From Candidatus Woesearchaeota archaeon (lineage in GTDB: Archaea > Nanobdellota > Nanobdellia > SCGC-AAA011-G17 > JAGVZF01): a stretch of 64,000 nt of DNA. The stretch's first letter is position 1. Every line of letters starts with the position of its first letter. Of this stretch, positions 46,824-56,644 are shown one piece after another. Below the pieces are notes generated by a model, which did no database searches, was not told the origin of the DNA, and saw only the letters and a program-made list of their open reading frames with translations. The position numbers and the translations under genes are program-made. The DNA lies in the NCBI GenBank assembly GCA_964549185.1, contig CAZJUI010000001.1, positions 850-64,849 of the forward strand, read 5' to 3'.

Positions 46824-48350
46824 GTGATTCTTATGGAAAAAAAAGTAAAATCAAAAGAAAAGAAAAAGATCATTTTAATCTATCCTAATCTAGGTATTTA
46901 TGGAAAGATCATTCAAGATTTACCTTTAGCTTTACTGCAAACAGCAAGAATTGTCTATGATAAAGGTTATGATATATTAATTCTCGATCAAAGACTAGAT
47001 GATAACTGGAGAGATACATTAAAAAAAGAAATTAACAAAGACACTTTATTTGTAGCTCTATCTGCAATGATAGGTGAACCAATAAACTATGCTCTAGAAA
47101 TTGCAAAGTTCATGAAAGATAACTATCCTGAAATGCCTGTTCTTTGGGGCGGTATTCATCCAACATTATTGCCTTTACAAACTTTAGAACATCCATTAGT
47201 TGATATTGTAATTAAAGGAGATGGAGAAGAAACAATCTATGATGTTGCTCAAGCATTAGAAAAAGGTAAATCATTAAAGGGAATTCCAGGTGTTTTCTAT
47301 AAAGAAAAAGACGGAACTATAGTTTCAAATCCAGTAAGAGCTCCATCTAATCTAGATGCTTTACCTCCAATTCCATATAATTTAGTAAACATTGAAGCTT
47401 ATGAAAGACAAGGATTCAAAGAAAAAACATTCACAATATTTACCTCCGCTTCCTGCCCTCATAGATGTGCATTTTGCCATGTTCCAGGTGAAAAAAGTAC
47501 ATGGCGTCCTGAAAGTGTAGACAAAACAATGGCTCATTTAAGATATATTTATAATACTTACCATCCTCAATATATCTACTTTGGAGATAATGATTTCTTT
47601 GTAAGAATGGACAGGGCAAAGGAAATTTTTAGAAGAATAAAAGAAGAAAAATTTGAAGGAGTTACTTTCGGTTTCAGGGGAACAAGAATAGATGAACTAG
47701 ACAGAATGGATGATGCAATGTTATCTTTAATGGAAGAAATTAATCTAACATATTTACATATTGGAGCTGAATCAGGATCACAAAGAATTTTAGATTTCAT
47801 CTGGAAAGACATAAAATTAGAGCAAACAATAAGAGTAAATGAAAAACTTGCTAAACATCCAAAACTTCATCCATCTTACAATTTTTTCTGTGGAGTTCCT
47901 ACAGAAACTAAAGCTGATTTAAAAGCAACAACTGATCTAATTTTAAGATTATTGCAAGATAATCCAAATGCTCAGATTAGCAGCGCAACTCAATTCACTC
48001 CTTATCCTGGAACAAGATTATTTGACATAGCTATTCAATATGGATTTAAGCCTCCAACTTCGCTAGAAGGATGGGCAAAGTTTGATCCAAGTGATTTCGC
48101 AAAAAGACTTCCATGGTTAAGTAAAGAAAGACAAAGATTATTAGACTTAATTTACATAACAGCATGGTTTGTAGATAAAAAAGTGAATTGGAACTTTACA
48201 TCAGATGAAATATTCTGGAAAGTGTTTCGTACATTGTCATCAGCTTATCGCCCAATAGCAAAATTTAGATTGAAACATCATTTTACAGGTCTTCCATTTG
48301 AATATCCTGCTAGAAAAATATTCTTTAATATATTAGAAAATAGAAACTAA
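46824..48350 (+). CDS. B12-binding radical SAM protein, paralog 4.
   Basis: N-terminal B12-binding domain. The CxxxCxxC triad is SCPHRCAFC. 508 aa. The start may be ATG 46833 rather than GTG 46824. Confidence 0.8.
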   Translation: MILMEKKVKSKEKKKIILIYPNLGIYGKIIQDLPLALLQTARIVYDKGYDILILDQRLDDNWRDTLKKEINKDTLFVALSAMIGEPINYALEIAKFMKDNYPEMPVLWGGIHPTLLPLQTLEHPLVDIVIKGDGEETIYDVAQALEKGKSLKGIPGVFYKEKDGTIVSNPVRAPSNLDALPPIPYNLVNIEAYERQGFKEKTFTIFTSASCPHRCAFCHVPGEKSTWRPESVDKTMAHLRYIYNTYHPQYIYFGDNDFFVRMDRAKEIFRRIKEEKFEGVTFGFRGTRIDELDRMDDAMLSLMEEINLTYLHIGAESGSQRILDFIWKDIKLEQTIRVNEKLAKHPKLHPSYNFFCGVPTETKADLKATTDLILRLLQDNPNAQISSATQFTPYPGTRLFDIAIQYGFKPPTSLEGWAKFDPSDFAKRLPWLSKERQRLLDLIYITAWFVDKKVNWNFTSDEIFWKVFRTLSSAYRPIAKFRLKHHFTGLPFEYPARKIFFNILENRN

Positions 48351-48354
48351 GAAA

Positions 48355-48984
48355 ATGAACATTGACAACTATTTTAAGTATAGATTGCCCTATGATAAAA
48401 ATAGGGAAATCGTATGGAAAGAATTAGCTAAATATTTACAGAAATTTATTCCTAAAACCTCTAAAATTCTCGAGCTTGGAGCAGGTTATTGTGAATTTAT
48501 AAATAATATTGAAGGATCTGAAAAACATGCTCTTGACATTTATCAGGAAATAAAGAATTTTGCTAAGCCTGGAATAATAACTCACATTTCTTCCTGTACT
48601 AAAATAAAATTAGATAAAGATTATTTTGATATTGTGTTTGCAAGTAATTTACTTGAACATCTGAATAAAGAAGATATAGATAAAACATTAAATGAAATTT
48701 ACAGAATATTAAAGAAAGATGGTAAATTAATCTTAATTCAACCAAATTTTAAGTTTGCTTACAAAGAATATTTCGATGATTACACTCATCAAACAACCTT
48801 TACTGATATAAGTTTAAATGATTTATTATTGTCAAAAAACTTCATAATCTTAAGATTAATGCCAAAATTCCTTCCAATATCTCTTAAATCCAAGCTTCCT
48901 AAAAATTCGTTACTAATAAAAGCTTATCTGCATTCTCCAATTAAGCCATTTGGCAAGCAAATGTTAATTATAGCAAAGAAATAG
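48355..48984 (+). CDS. Class I SAM-dependent methyltransferase, paralog D.
   Basis: ILELGAGYCEF (motif I), FDIVFASNLLEHL and YRILKKDGKLILIQPN. Confidence 0.65.
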   Translation: MNIDNYFKYRLPYDKNREIVWKELAKYLQKFIPKTSKILELGAGYCEFINNIEGSEKHALDIYQEIKNFAKPGIITHISSCTKIKLDKDYFDIVFASNLLEHLNKEDIDKTLNEIYRILKKDGKLILIQPNFKFAYKEYFDDYTHQTTFTDISLNDLLLSKNFIILRLMPKFLPISLKSKLPKNSLLIKAYLHSPIKPFGKQMLIIAKK

Positions 48985-49703
48985 TGATAAAGATGTGGCA
49001 AAAACAAAAAGTGTCTGTAATCTTTCCTACATATAATGAAAAAGATTCTATATATTATTCAATCCAAGATTTTTTTGCATCAAAATATGTAGATGAAATT
49101 ATAGTCGTTAATAACAATGCAGCTCCTGGAACAAAAGAAGAAGTAGATAAAACAAAAGCAATCCAAGTATTTGAAACAAAACAAGGTTATGGTCATGCTA
49201 TTCAAAGAGGTTTTAAGGAAGTTAAAGGAGAGATAATAATTATATCTGAGCCAGATGGAACATTCTCAGGAAAAGATATTCTTAAATTATTATCATATTC
49301 AGACAACTTTGATGTTATTTTTGGTTCTAGAACTTGGAGCATAATGATACAAAGAGGAGCTAACATGGGATTTTTCTTAAAGTGGGGCAATTGGTTTTTA
49401 GCAAAGTTAATGCAATTTTCCTTTAACACAACAAGATTAACAGATATAGGCTGCACAATGAGATTAATAAAAAAAAATGCTTTAAATAAGATAGAAAAAG
49501 ATTTTACAGTTGGCTCTTCTCATTTCGGAGTTGAGATGATGCTTTTGGTAATGAGCAATAAAATAAGATTCATCGAAGTCCCTGTTTCCTATCATCCAAG
49601 AGTTGGTCAATCTTCAGTTACAGGAAGTAAAGTGAAAGCATTCCTTCTCGGATTAGATATGTTAAGCTTGGTAATAAAACATAGAATAAAAAGTTTATTT
49701 TAG
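48984..49703 (+). CDS. GT2 glycosyltransferase, Dol-P sugar synthase-like.
   Basis: VSVIFPTYNEKDSIYYSIQDF plus an (E)PDG acidic region. 239 aa. Its start overlaps the MTase stop. Confidence 0.75.
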   Translation: MIKMWQKQKVSVIFPTYNEKDSIYYSIQDFFASKYVDEIIVVNNNAAPGTKEEVDKTKAIQVFETKQGYGHAIQRGFKEVKGEIIIISEPDGTFSGKDILKLLSYSDNFDVIFGSRTWSIMIQRGANMGFFLKWGNWFLAKLMQFSFNTTRLTDIGCTMRLIKKNALNKIEKDFTVGSSHFGVEMMLLVMSNKIRFIEVPVSYHPRVGQSSVTGSKVKAFLLGLDMLSLVIKHRIKSLF

Positions 49704-50843
49704 CTTTCCATACGATGTTATTACTAAAAATCCTGCTAACGCTGTCAATGTTATTCCAATAACCCATCCTGACTGTATATTTTCTGGGGGGGAGTAAGCT
49801 ATATTTACAGAACATGCTCCATCAATACAACTTCCCTTGCATGTAAATGATTTAAATGAAATTGTAGTTGTTGATGAACAATAATATTCAGTCAATGTTT
49901 TTGAGTTAGAACAAAAATCTGTTTTTGTTTGTGTAACAGCCCCATTTGATCCAATTATTGTTGTTGTTCCTTGTTGATTATAGTTCAATCCATTATCGCT
50001 GTCTGAACATGTGTAAGTTACCTGCTGTGTTTGATTTAAAGGTATCATAAGCACACCAACATCTGTTATCATAAATTCATTGACTTTCTTATCTACAACT
50101 ACTGTATTATATCCTTCTTTTGTAAATCTAATTGTATGCCATCCACTATCAACTATATAAAATGGTTCATCTCCAATATATGCTCCATCTACATAGATAT
50201 TTATGGGGTGTACTGCTGGATACGGATCAAATACTAAAGCTCCCTTAAAGGGAAGAGCATAAGTTTGATTTAGTTTCATAGGAACTGCTCCAGCATCAGC
50301 TAACCTACCATTAAGAACATATGGAAATAAGATAAGATCTTTATATCCCGATGATGAAAAATTAACACTGTGTGATCCTACAGTTAGATTTGTTACGATA
50401 AGCCCATTATAATATGTATTTCCTTTAAATTTATTATCCACATAAACAGCTGTATATATAGTAGACCTAGCAAATATCCCAGCATTTCTATAAGAAGGAT
50501 TTACTATTGTATCATTTATTGCTGTTAAAGCAACATCTAAATAAGTTATCATTCCAGCTGTAATATTCTCTGGATAGGTTACATCTAGATAATTTGGTTT
50601 TGCAAACCTGAAAGTATGGCTTCCAGCAGGAATATTGTTTATATACCATCCATTATTAAGTCCTACTGCTGTTCCACTCGGTCCATTTTGATTATAAGGA
50701 ACACCATCAATATAAACCTGAATTCCTGTTATTGGATAAGATCTTAACCTAGCAGCACCATAATTTACTGTTTGCGCATTAACAAAACTCAAAAACAAAA
50801 TAAAACTAAACACTAAAGATATTAGAATTAAACTTTTTCTCAT
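49695..50843 (-). CDS. Secreted cell-surface protein with PEGA-like repeats, many N-x-S/T sequons and a C-terminal TM anchor.
   Basis: N-terminal signal peptide (MRKSLILISLVFSFILFLSFVNA). VYIDGVPY and IYVDGAYIGDEPF are PEGA-like motifs. There are more than ten NxS/T sequons. A C-terminal Cys-rich stretch is followed by the hydrophobic GWVIGITLTALAGFLVI and then KLK. Confidence 0.5.
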   Translation of the reverse strand: MRKSLILISLVFSFILFLSFVNAQTVNYGAARLRSYPITGIQVYIDGVPYNQNGPSGTAVGLNNGWYINNIPAGSHTFRFAKPNYLDVTYPENITAGMITYLDVALTAINDTIVNPSYRNAGIFARSTIYTAVYVDNKFKGNTYYNGLIVTNLTVGSHSVNFSSSGYKDLILFPYVLNGRLADAGAVPMKLNQTYALPFKGALVFDPYPAVHPINIYVDGAYIGDEPFYIVDSGWHTIRFTKEGYNTVVVDKKVNEFMITDVGVLMIPLNQTQQVTYTCSDSDNGLNYNQQGTTTIIGSNGAVTQTKTDFCSNSKTLTEYYCSSTTTISFKSFTCKGSCIDGACSVNIAYSPPENIQSGWVIGITLTALAGFLVITSYGKLK

Positions 50844-50921
50844 TCATTACACCTCTTTATATAATTAAAAAGAAAATAATCTAAGATATATATATATTGT
50901 TTATCTTAAAAGTGATAAAAA

Positions 50922-52595
50922 CTATCTTTTCTTTTTCTCTAATAAAAAGTTCCCAACAGCCAAATAATCTAATCCCGTACTATAAAATGTTTTTATAGCT
51001 TCTTTCGGTCCAAGAACAATAGGATCTCCAGCATCGTTAAATGATGTGTTTAATACAGCTGGTATTCCAGTTTCATCTTCAAAAGCTTCTATCATTTTAT
51101 AATATTTCGGATTAATTCTTTTAACAACAGTCTGTATTCTTGCTGTTCCATCTATATGAATGGCAGCAGCTAATTCTTTCTGCTTTTTCTTTTTAGTATC
51201 AAAAGTTAACAACATAAATGGACTATTATAATAATTTTCAAAATATTCATCGCAAGCTCGATCTAAAACACTTGGTGCAAATGGTCTCCAATTTTCTCTA
51301 TGTTTCACTTCTTTATTCACTTTATCCTTCATCGAAGCAACACTTGGATTTGCTAATATGCTTCTATTTCCCAAAGCTCTTGGTCCGAGCTCTAATTTTC
51401 CTTGGCACCATCCAACAATAAATCCTTTAGCTAGTTTTTCAGCAACCGCTCCTTCAATATCTTTTTGATAACTATAAACTGCTTTAGATTCTTTTAACAC
51501 TTTTTCAATCTCTTCATCGCTAAATTCCGGCCCATAATAAGCATGCTCCATAACAAAATTTGTTTTGTATCCAAGTTGACTATAAAGCTCATAAGCAGCT
51601 CCTAATGCAGTTCCTGCATCATGTGACGCTGGTTGAATAAATATATCTTTAGTAAAAGGCATCCCAAGTATTTTAGCATTCATGTCACAATTTAATGCAA
51701 CACCCCCAGCCAAACAAAAATTAGGAATACCTGTTCTATCGTACATAACTTCTGCCAATCTTTTTCCAATTTGCTCTAATTTAAATTGTACAGAAGCAGC
51801 CAAATTTTTATGATGTTGTGTAATCTCTTCTTCAGGTTTTCTTGGTCTTCCAACTATATTTGCTACAGTACTAAACCAATTTTTATCAAATCTATATCCT
51901 CCTCTTGTTATTTTTACAACATCATCTAAATCAAATACAGGTTTTCCATATGTAGCCAATCCCATAATTTTTCCTTCGTCTTTATGACTCCCAAAACCAA
52001 GTAAATGTGTAAATGAAGAATATAAATTTCCTAAAGAATTATGCACATCATACGTTTCAATTTGATTTATCCTTCCATTTTCTCCAACGCCCAAAAATGT
52101 GGATTCGTTCTCCCCTCTTCCATCTAATGTTATTATATTTGCTTTACTCATTCCAGAAACGAAAAATGTGCTAGCTGCATGTGCTCTATGGTGAGGAATA
52201 AATTTAATTTCTTTTTTCTTGCCTTTCATCATATCATTTAATTTTCTCATCTCTTTAAGATAAGTGAAATAAGCATCAATGCCTGCAAAAGGATCAGAAA
52301 CGTAATTATTTTCTTTAATAAACGGTTTAAATCTAAATTTTAATAAATAGCTTGCATAACTTACATATAAAAACTTGTTTGGTGTTCCAAAACCAACCGC
52401 AATATAATCTATATCATCAAATGTGATATTAGCCTCTTTTAAACAAAATTTTATAGCATTTTTAGGAAACATTCTTGGAGAATATTTAATTCCATTAAAT
52501 CTTTCTTCTTCAGCAGTTGCAATCAATCTTCCATCTTTTACTATAGCTGCTGCATTGTTCCACGATATTGGCCCAGTTATTCCTAAAATGTACAT
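50922..52595 (-). CDS. Carbamoyltransferase (NodU/CmcH family).
   Basis: The N-terminus MYILGITGPISWNNAAAIVKDGRLIATAEEERFNGIKYSP is the classical YrdC/Kae1-like carbamoyltransferase start. 557 aa. Confidence 0.85.
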   Translation of the reverse strand: MYILGITGPISWNNAAAIVKDGRLIATAEEERFNGIKYSPRMFPKNAIKFCLKEANITFDDIDYIAVGFGTPNKFLYVSYASYLLKFRFKPFIKENNYVSDPFAGIDAYFTYLKEMRKLNDMMKGKKKEIKFIPHHRAHAASTFFVSGMSKANIITLDGRGENESTFLGVGENGRINQIETYDVHNSLGNLYSSFTHLLGFGSHKDEGKIMGLATYGKPVFDLDDVVKITRGGYRFDKNWFSTVANIVGRPRKPEEEITQHHKNLAASVQFKLEQIGKRLAEVMYDRTGIPNFCLAGGVALNCDMNAKILGMPFTKDIFIQPASHDAGTALGAAYELYSQLGYKTNFVMEHAYYGPEFSDEEIEKVLKESKAVYSYQKDIEGAVAEKLAKGFIVGWCQGKLELGPRALGNRSILANPSVASMKDKVNKEVKHRENWRPFAPSVLDRACDEYFENYYNSPFMLLTFDTKKKKQKELAAAIHIDGTARIQTVVKRINPKYYKMIEAFEDETGIPAVLNTSFNDAGDPIVLGPKEAIKTFYSTGLDYLAVGNFLLEKKKR

Positions 52596-52655
52596 TTTAG
52601 TTAAATCATTGCGAAAAACTTATATAACTTTCTTTTTTATTACCTATAGTCTCTA

Positions 52656-54326
52656 TTATCTACTATCATAAACATATATAGTTTCTTCTCTAGTTTTGCT
52701 TTTCAATAATACCCCATAATCTAATTCATAAGTAGAAATTATATAATCAGGTTTTAATTTTGTTTCATTTAAATATTCAGAAATAGTATTTTTATTCATC
52801 CAATATCCCATTATTAAAACAGATCTGTCTTTTTTTCCAAAAACATCTGTTCCTCTTCTAAAATCTTCATCTTCATTTCTTCTATCAAACATAATTAAAG
52901 AACTTTGCTTAACATTCTTATCCATCCATTTTCCCATCCAAGTTTGATCTTGTTTATACCAATTTTCATAAGAATTATAGATTGCTATAAAACTTCCGAA
53001 TAAAGTTATCAAAAAGAAGAATATCATATAAATTTTTAATATTCTTTCTAATTTATAATTATAAATTTTCATAATCAAAAAGGGAATAAAAAACATGATT
53101 ATGCCCAAGATTAAAATATTATACTTTGTAACTAATCCCAAGACTATTGTAAAAACTCCGATATAGCTTAAAGATGAGCTATTTATTGGCAATAAACTTC
53201 TGAATGTTATTGTTGTTGTTATCACAGCTAAAATACTTATTAAGAATATCAAGATTTTTTTATTTATTTTGTCTAAAATATTTTTCTCAATACTTACTGC
53301 GCCTAAAATAATAATTAAAGGCAAAACTCCTTCTAAATATCTTCCTAAAACTCTTCCATTAAATATATTATCTTTAGTTAAAGGGAAACTGCTGCTATGT
53401 GTAGCTGCTATAAAAATTAAAAATAATGAAGATAATATTGTTATTGCATTTAATAAATTTATTTTTTTATCTTGTTGTTTTTTAATATTTATTAAAAATC
53501 CTATAAAAAATAATATGCCGCTTGCCAATAATATATATCCTACATCAATAATAATCCAATAAAAGAATTGTAACGGTGTAAAATTGTTTTGTACAGATGC
53601 TATATTTTCTCCATATCCAAATAAACCGCTTATAGAAAATCCAAATATGCTTAAATTTCTTATCAACCAAGGCAAAACAACAATAAATGCAATTAAGAAT
53701 AAAATTATTTTCTTTTTTATTTGACTATAATCCTTATCTCTAAACAGTTTAATTAATAATATAATGACTATTGTTGGAATTAAAGACAAAGCTAATATTC
53801 TCGTTAAGTAACTTAATCCTAAAAATATTCCAGCTAAAACATCCCATTTTATTCCATTATCATTAAAAGATCTATAAATAAAATAAATTGTAAATAAAAA
53901 TAAAGGAAAAAATAAATTTTCACTTAACACATAAGAAGAAAAAACAAAAAATGGAGGTATTATCCCAACTAAACTCGCTATCAAGAAAGATTTTTTATTA
54001 TCGAAAAATTCTTTAGCAATCAGCCAGGCTGGAAATATTATAAAACTAGATAATATCGCATTAATAATTTTAAATATAAAATAAATTACCTCCATATTCT
54101 TGAAAATATAAGATATTGAAATTATTATCGGATATAAAGGAGGATAAAGATAACTTGCTCTTCCATCAACAGTAAATTTTCCTTCATAAAAAAAACTTCT
54201 AGCCATCTTCATATAATGGTAATCATCAGCAAACGTGCTCGGAGATAAAACAAAAAAAGCAATAGCTATCTTTATTAAAATTAAAACAATAAATACAATT
54301 ATTAACTTTTTAAAAAATTTCTCCAT
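52656..54326 (-). CDS. GT-C-fold glycosyltransferase, ArnT/PMT-like.
   Basis: 556 aa polytopic. The first loop has the acidic FADDYHYMKMARSF motif, and there is a C-terminal soluble domain. Confidence 0.5.
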   Translation of the reverse strand: MEKFFKKLIIVFIVLILIKIAIAFFVLSPSTFADDYHYMKMARSFFYEGKFTVDGRASYLYPPLYPIIISISYIFKNMEVIYFIFKIINAILSSFIIFPAWLIAKEFFDNKKSFLIASLVGIIPPFFVFSSYVLSENLFFPLFLFTIYFIYRSFNDNGIKWDVLAGIFLGLSYLTRILALSLIPTIVIILLIKLFRDKDYSQIKKKIILFLIAFIVVLPWLIRNLSIFGFSISGLFGYGENIASVQNNFTPLQFFYWIIIDVGYILLASGILFFIGFLINIKKQQDKKINLLNAITILSSLFLIFIAATHSSSFPLTKDNIFNGRVLGRYLEGVLPLIIILGAVSIEKNILDKINKKILIFLISILAVITTTITFRSLLPINSSSLSYIGVFTIVLGLVTKYNILILGIIMFFIPFLIMKIYNYKLERILKIYMIFFFLITLFGSFIAIYNSYENWYKQDQTWMGKWMDKNVKQSSLIMFDRRNEDEDFRRGTDVFGKKDRSVLIMGYWMNKNTISEYLNETKLKPDYIISTYELDYGVLLKSKTREETIYVYDSR

Positions 54327-54356
54327 AAAACTAAAAGAAAGATAAATTTAATAAAG

Positions 54357-54995
54357 CTATTTATAAGCTTTCTCGCCCGTTTTATATTGCAAATCATCAA
54401 CTTTTTTAATTATCTTTGCTGGATTTCCAACAACAACTGAATTTTCAGAAACATCTTTTGTTACCACACTTCCAGCCCCAACTAAAGCATTTTTTCCTAT
54501 ATTTAATCCAGGAAGTAAAGTAGAATTTGCTCCTATCTTTGCATTCTCTCCAATAACTGATCCAGCAAGTTTATTTTTTGCTAATTCTGATAGTGGAAAT
54601 GATGCATTTGTTAAAACAACATTTGGACCAATCCAGCTTCCTTTCTTTAATTCGCAATATTCAGGAACAAAAGCTTGAGTGTGTATTCTTACATTATCTT
54701 CAATCTTAACATGATGCTCAACTACACTTAAAGTTCCTATGGCAACATTATCTCCAATTTCATTTTCTTCTCTTATATTTACTTTATTTCCTGTTTGAAA
54801 ATTATCTCCAATCCTATTTCCAGAATAAATTACAGTATGACTTCTAATATGGCAATTATTTCCTAAAATTGTTTTTAATTCTCCTTCTTTTTTTCCACGA
54901 GGAGATGCTCCAATAATAACATAATCTTCTATAACACAATTATCTCCTAAGGTAACATTTTCATGTATTTTTGCAGTAATAGCTATTTTGTTCAT
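54357..54995 (-). CDS. Hexapeptide-repeat (left-handed beta-helix) sugar N-acetyltransferase (WbpD/PglD-like).
   Basis: Tandem [LIV]GxxxxI hexapeptide repeats run throughout, e.g. VTLGDNCVIEDYVIIG and IGDNVAIGTLSVV. 212 aa. Confidence 0.75.
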   Translation of the reverse strand: MNKIAITAKIHENVTLGDNCVIEDYVIIGASPRGKKEGELKTILGNNCHIRSHTVIYSGNRIGDNFQTGNKVNIREENEIGDNVAIGTLSVVEHHVKIEDNVRIHTQAFVPEYCELKKGSWIGPNVVLTNASFPLSELAKNKLAGSVIGENAKIGANSTLLPGLNIGKNALVGAGSVVTKDVSENSVVVGNPAKIIKKVDDLQYKTGEKAYK

Positions 54996-55065
54996 AATAA
55001 TGGTAAATTACAAAGATTTATATAACTTTTCTATTCTTTATTTTTAATTCTTTAAGGTGATAGTA

Positions 55066-56166
55066 ATGATTGAAAAAGAGATACCACAAGTTGATTTGAA
55101 AAGGCAATATTATTCTATTAAGAAAGAGATAGATGAAGCTATATTTAATACAATTGAAAATAGTTCTTTTATTAACGGAAAAGCAGTAACTGAATTTGAA
55201 AATGATTTTGCTAAGTTTTGCAATGCTAAATATTGTATTGGTGTTAGTTCAGGAACAAGTGCGGTAGAAATTGCATTGCAAGCAGCAGGAATTAAGGCAG
55301 GAGATGAAGTTATCACAGTTCCTAATACTTTTATTGCAACAACAGAAGCGATAACAAAATTAGGATCTAGGTTTAAATTTGTTGATATTGATGAAGAAAC
55401 TTATACAATGGATATTAATCAAATTGAAAAGACAATAACATCAAAAACAAAAGCCATTTTGCCTGTTCAACTATATGGACAATCAAGTGAAATGGATAAA
55501 ATAAAAGAGATAGCTGAAATTTTTAATTTAAAAATAATAGAAGATTGCGCACAGGCTCACGGAGCTGAATATAATGGTAAAAGATTGCCTTATTCTTTAG
55601 TTGGGACATTTAGTTTTTTTCCAGCTAAAAATCTTGGAAGTTTCGGTGATGCAGGAGCTGTTGTCACAAATGATGAAGAGATAGCCAATAAAGCTAGATT
55701 ATTAAAAGATCATGGAAGAACAGGAAAATATATTCATGAAATTGAAGGTTATAATCATAGATTGGATACATTACAGGCAGCAATATTAAAAGTTAAGTTA
55801 AAGAAATTAGATGAATGGATTAATAAAAGAAGAGAAAATGTTAAGTTATATAATGAATTATTGAAAGATGATATAATAAAACCTATAGAAAGAGGAAATT
55901 CTAAGCATGTTTATTATGTTTATACAATAAGAGTAAAGAATAGAGATGGATTACAAAAATATTTGAAAGAAAATAAAATAGCTTCTCAAATTTATTATCC
56001 AATCCCATTGCATTTACAGCCAGCTTATTCTTCTCTTGGTTATAAAAAAGGAGATTTTCCAGTAACAGAAAAAGTTTGTGATGAAATATTATCTTTACCT
56101 TTATTTCCTGAGTTAACCAAAGAAGAGATTGAATATATTAGTGAAAAAGTTAATTCATTTATTTGA
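55066..56166 (+). CDS. DegT/DnrJ/EryC1-family PLP-dependent sugar aminotransferase (WbpE-like).
   Basis: FENDFAKFCNAKYCIGVSSGTSAVEIAL, DCAQAHGAEY and SFFPAKNLGSFGDAG give the family blocks. ATG 55066 is preceded by AAGGTGA. The track's alternative GTG start is at 55057. Confidence 0.85.
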   Translation: MIEKEIPQVDLKRQYYSIKKEIDEAIFNTIENSSFINGKAVTEFENDFAKFCNAKYCIGVSSGTSAVEIALQAAGIKAGDEVITVPNTFIATTEAITKLGSRFKFVDIDEETYTMDINQIEKTITSKTKAILPVQLYGQSSEMDKIKEIAEIFNLKIIEDCAQAHGAEYNGKRLPYSLVGTFSFFPAKNLGSFGDAGAVVTNDEEIANKARLLKDHGRTGKYIHEIEGYNHRLDTLQAAILKVKLKKLDEWINKRRENVKLYNELLKDDIIKPIERGNSKHVYYVYTIRVKNRDGLQKYLKENKIASQIYYPIPLHLQPAYSSLGYKKGDFPVTEKVCDEILSLPLFPELTKEEIEYISEKVNSFI

Positions 56167-56644
56167 TCATATCCATAAAACCTTTTCTATAAATTTTAAT
56201 ATCTTCGTTATTTATTTTTGAAATAAAATCAATTAATTTACTATTAAAAATTTCAGCTTTACTTATAGTATCTTTAACTTCCTCTTTGGTTACCACAAAA
56301 TCAACATAATATTGCTTATCTATCCTTTCTTTTTTCGCATCAAAGATTTCTTTATTATCATAATTAAATAGATTTTTTAGTAATATTATAGAAGCGGAAT
56401 GGTTTTCAGATTTAATTCCAATTTTAAATAACAAAGCAGTTAATAGATGATACATACTATAATAAGCAAGTCCAACAGATTCTTCAAATTTATCATTATT
56501 CAGAAGAATTTTTGCAGAAGCAAGATTACTTTCAGATTTTATAATATATGATTGTTTCAATTCTTCACTTGATTCAACTAATTCTAATTTTCTTTGCTTA
56601 CGAAGTTTCTTCAAAAAATTTGTTTCTTTCATAATATATTTCAA
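56159..56644 (-). CDS. HEPN-domain protein (toxin-like partner of the upstream nucleotidyltransferase).
   Basis: 161 aa helical protein. The SNLASAKILLNN...AYYSMYHLLTALLFKIGIKSENHSASI segment is HEPN-like. It overlaps the upstream NTase gene by 47 nt. Confidence 0.5.
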   Translation of the reverse strand: MKYIMKETNFLKKLRKQRKLELVESSEELKQSYIIKSESNLASAKILLNNDKFEESVGLAYYSMYHLLTALLFKIGIKSENHSASIILLKNLFNYDNKEIFDAKKERIDKQYYVDFVVTKEEVKDTISKAEIFNSKLIDFISKINNEDIKIYRKGFMDMIK

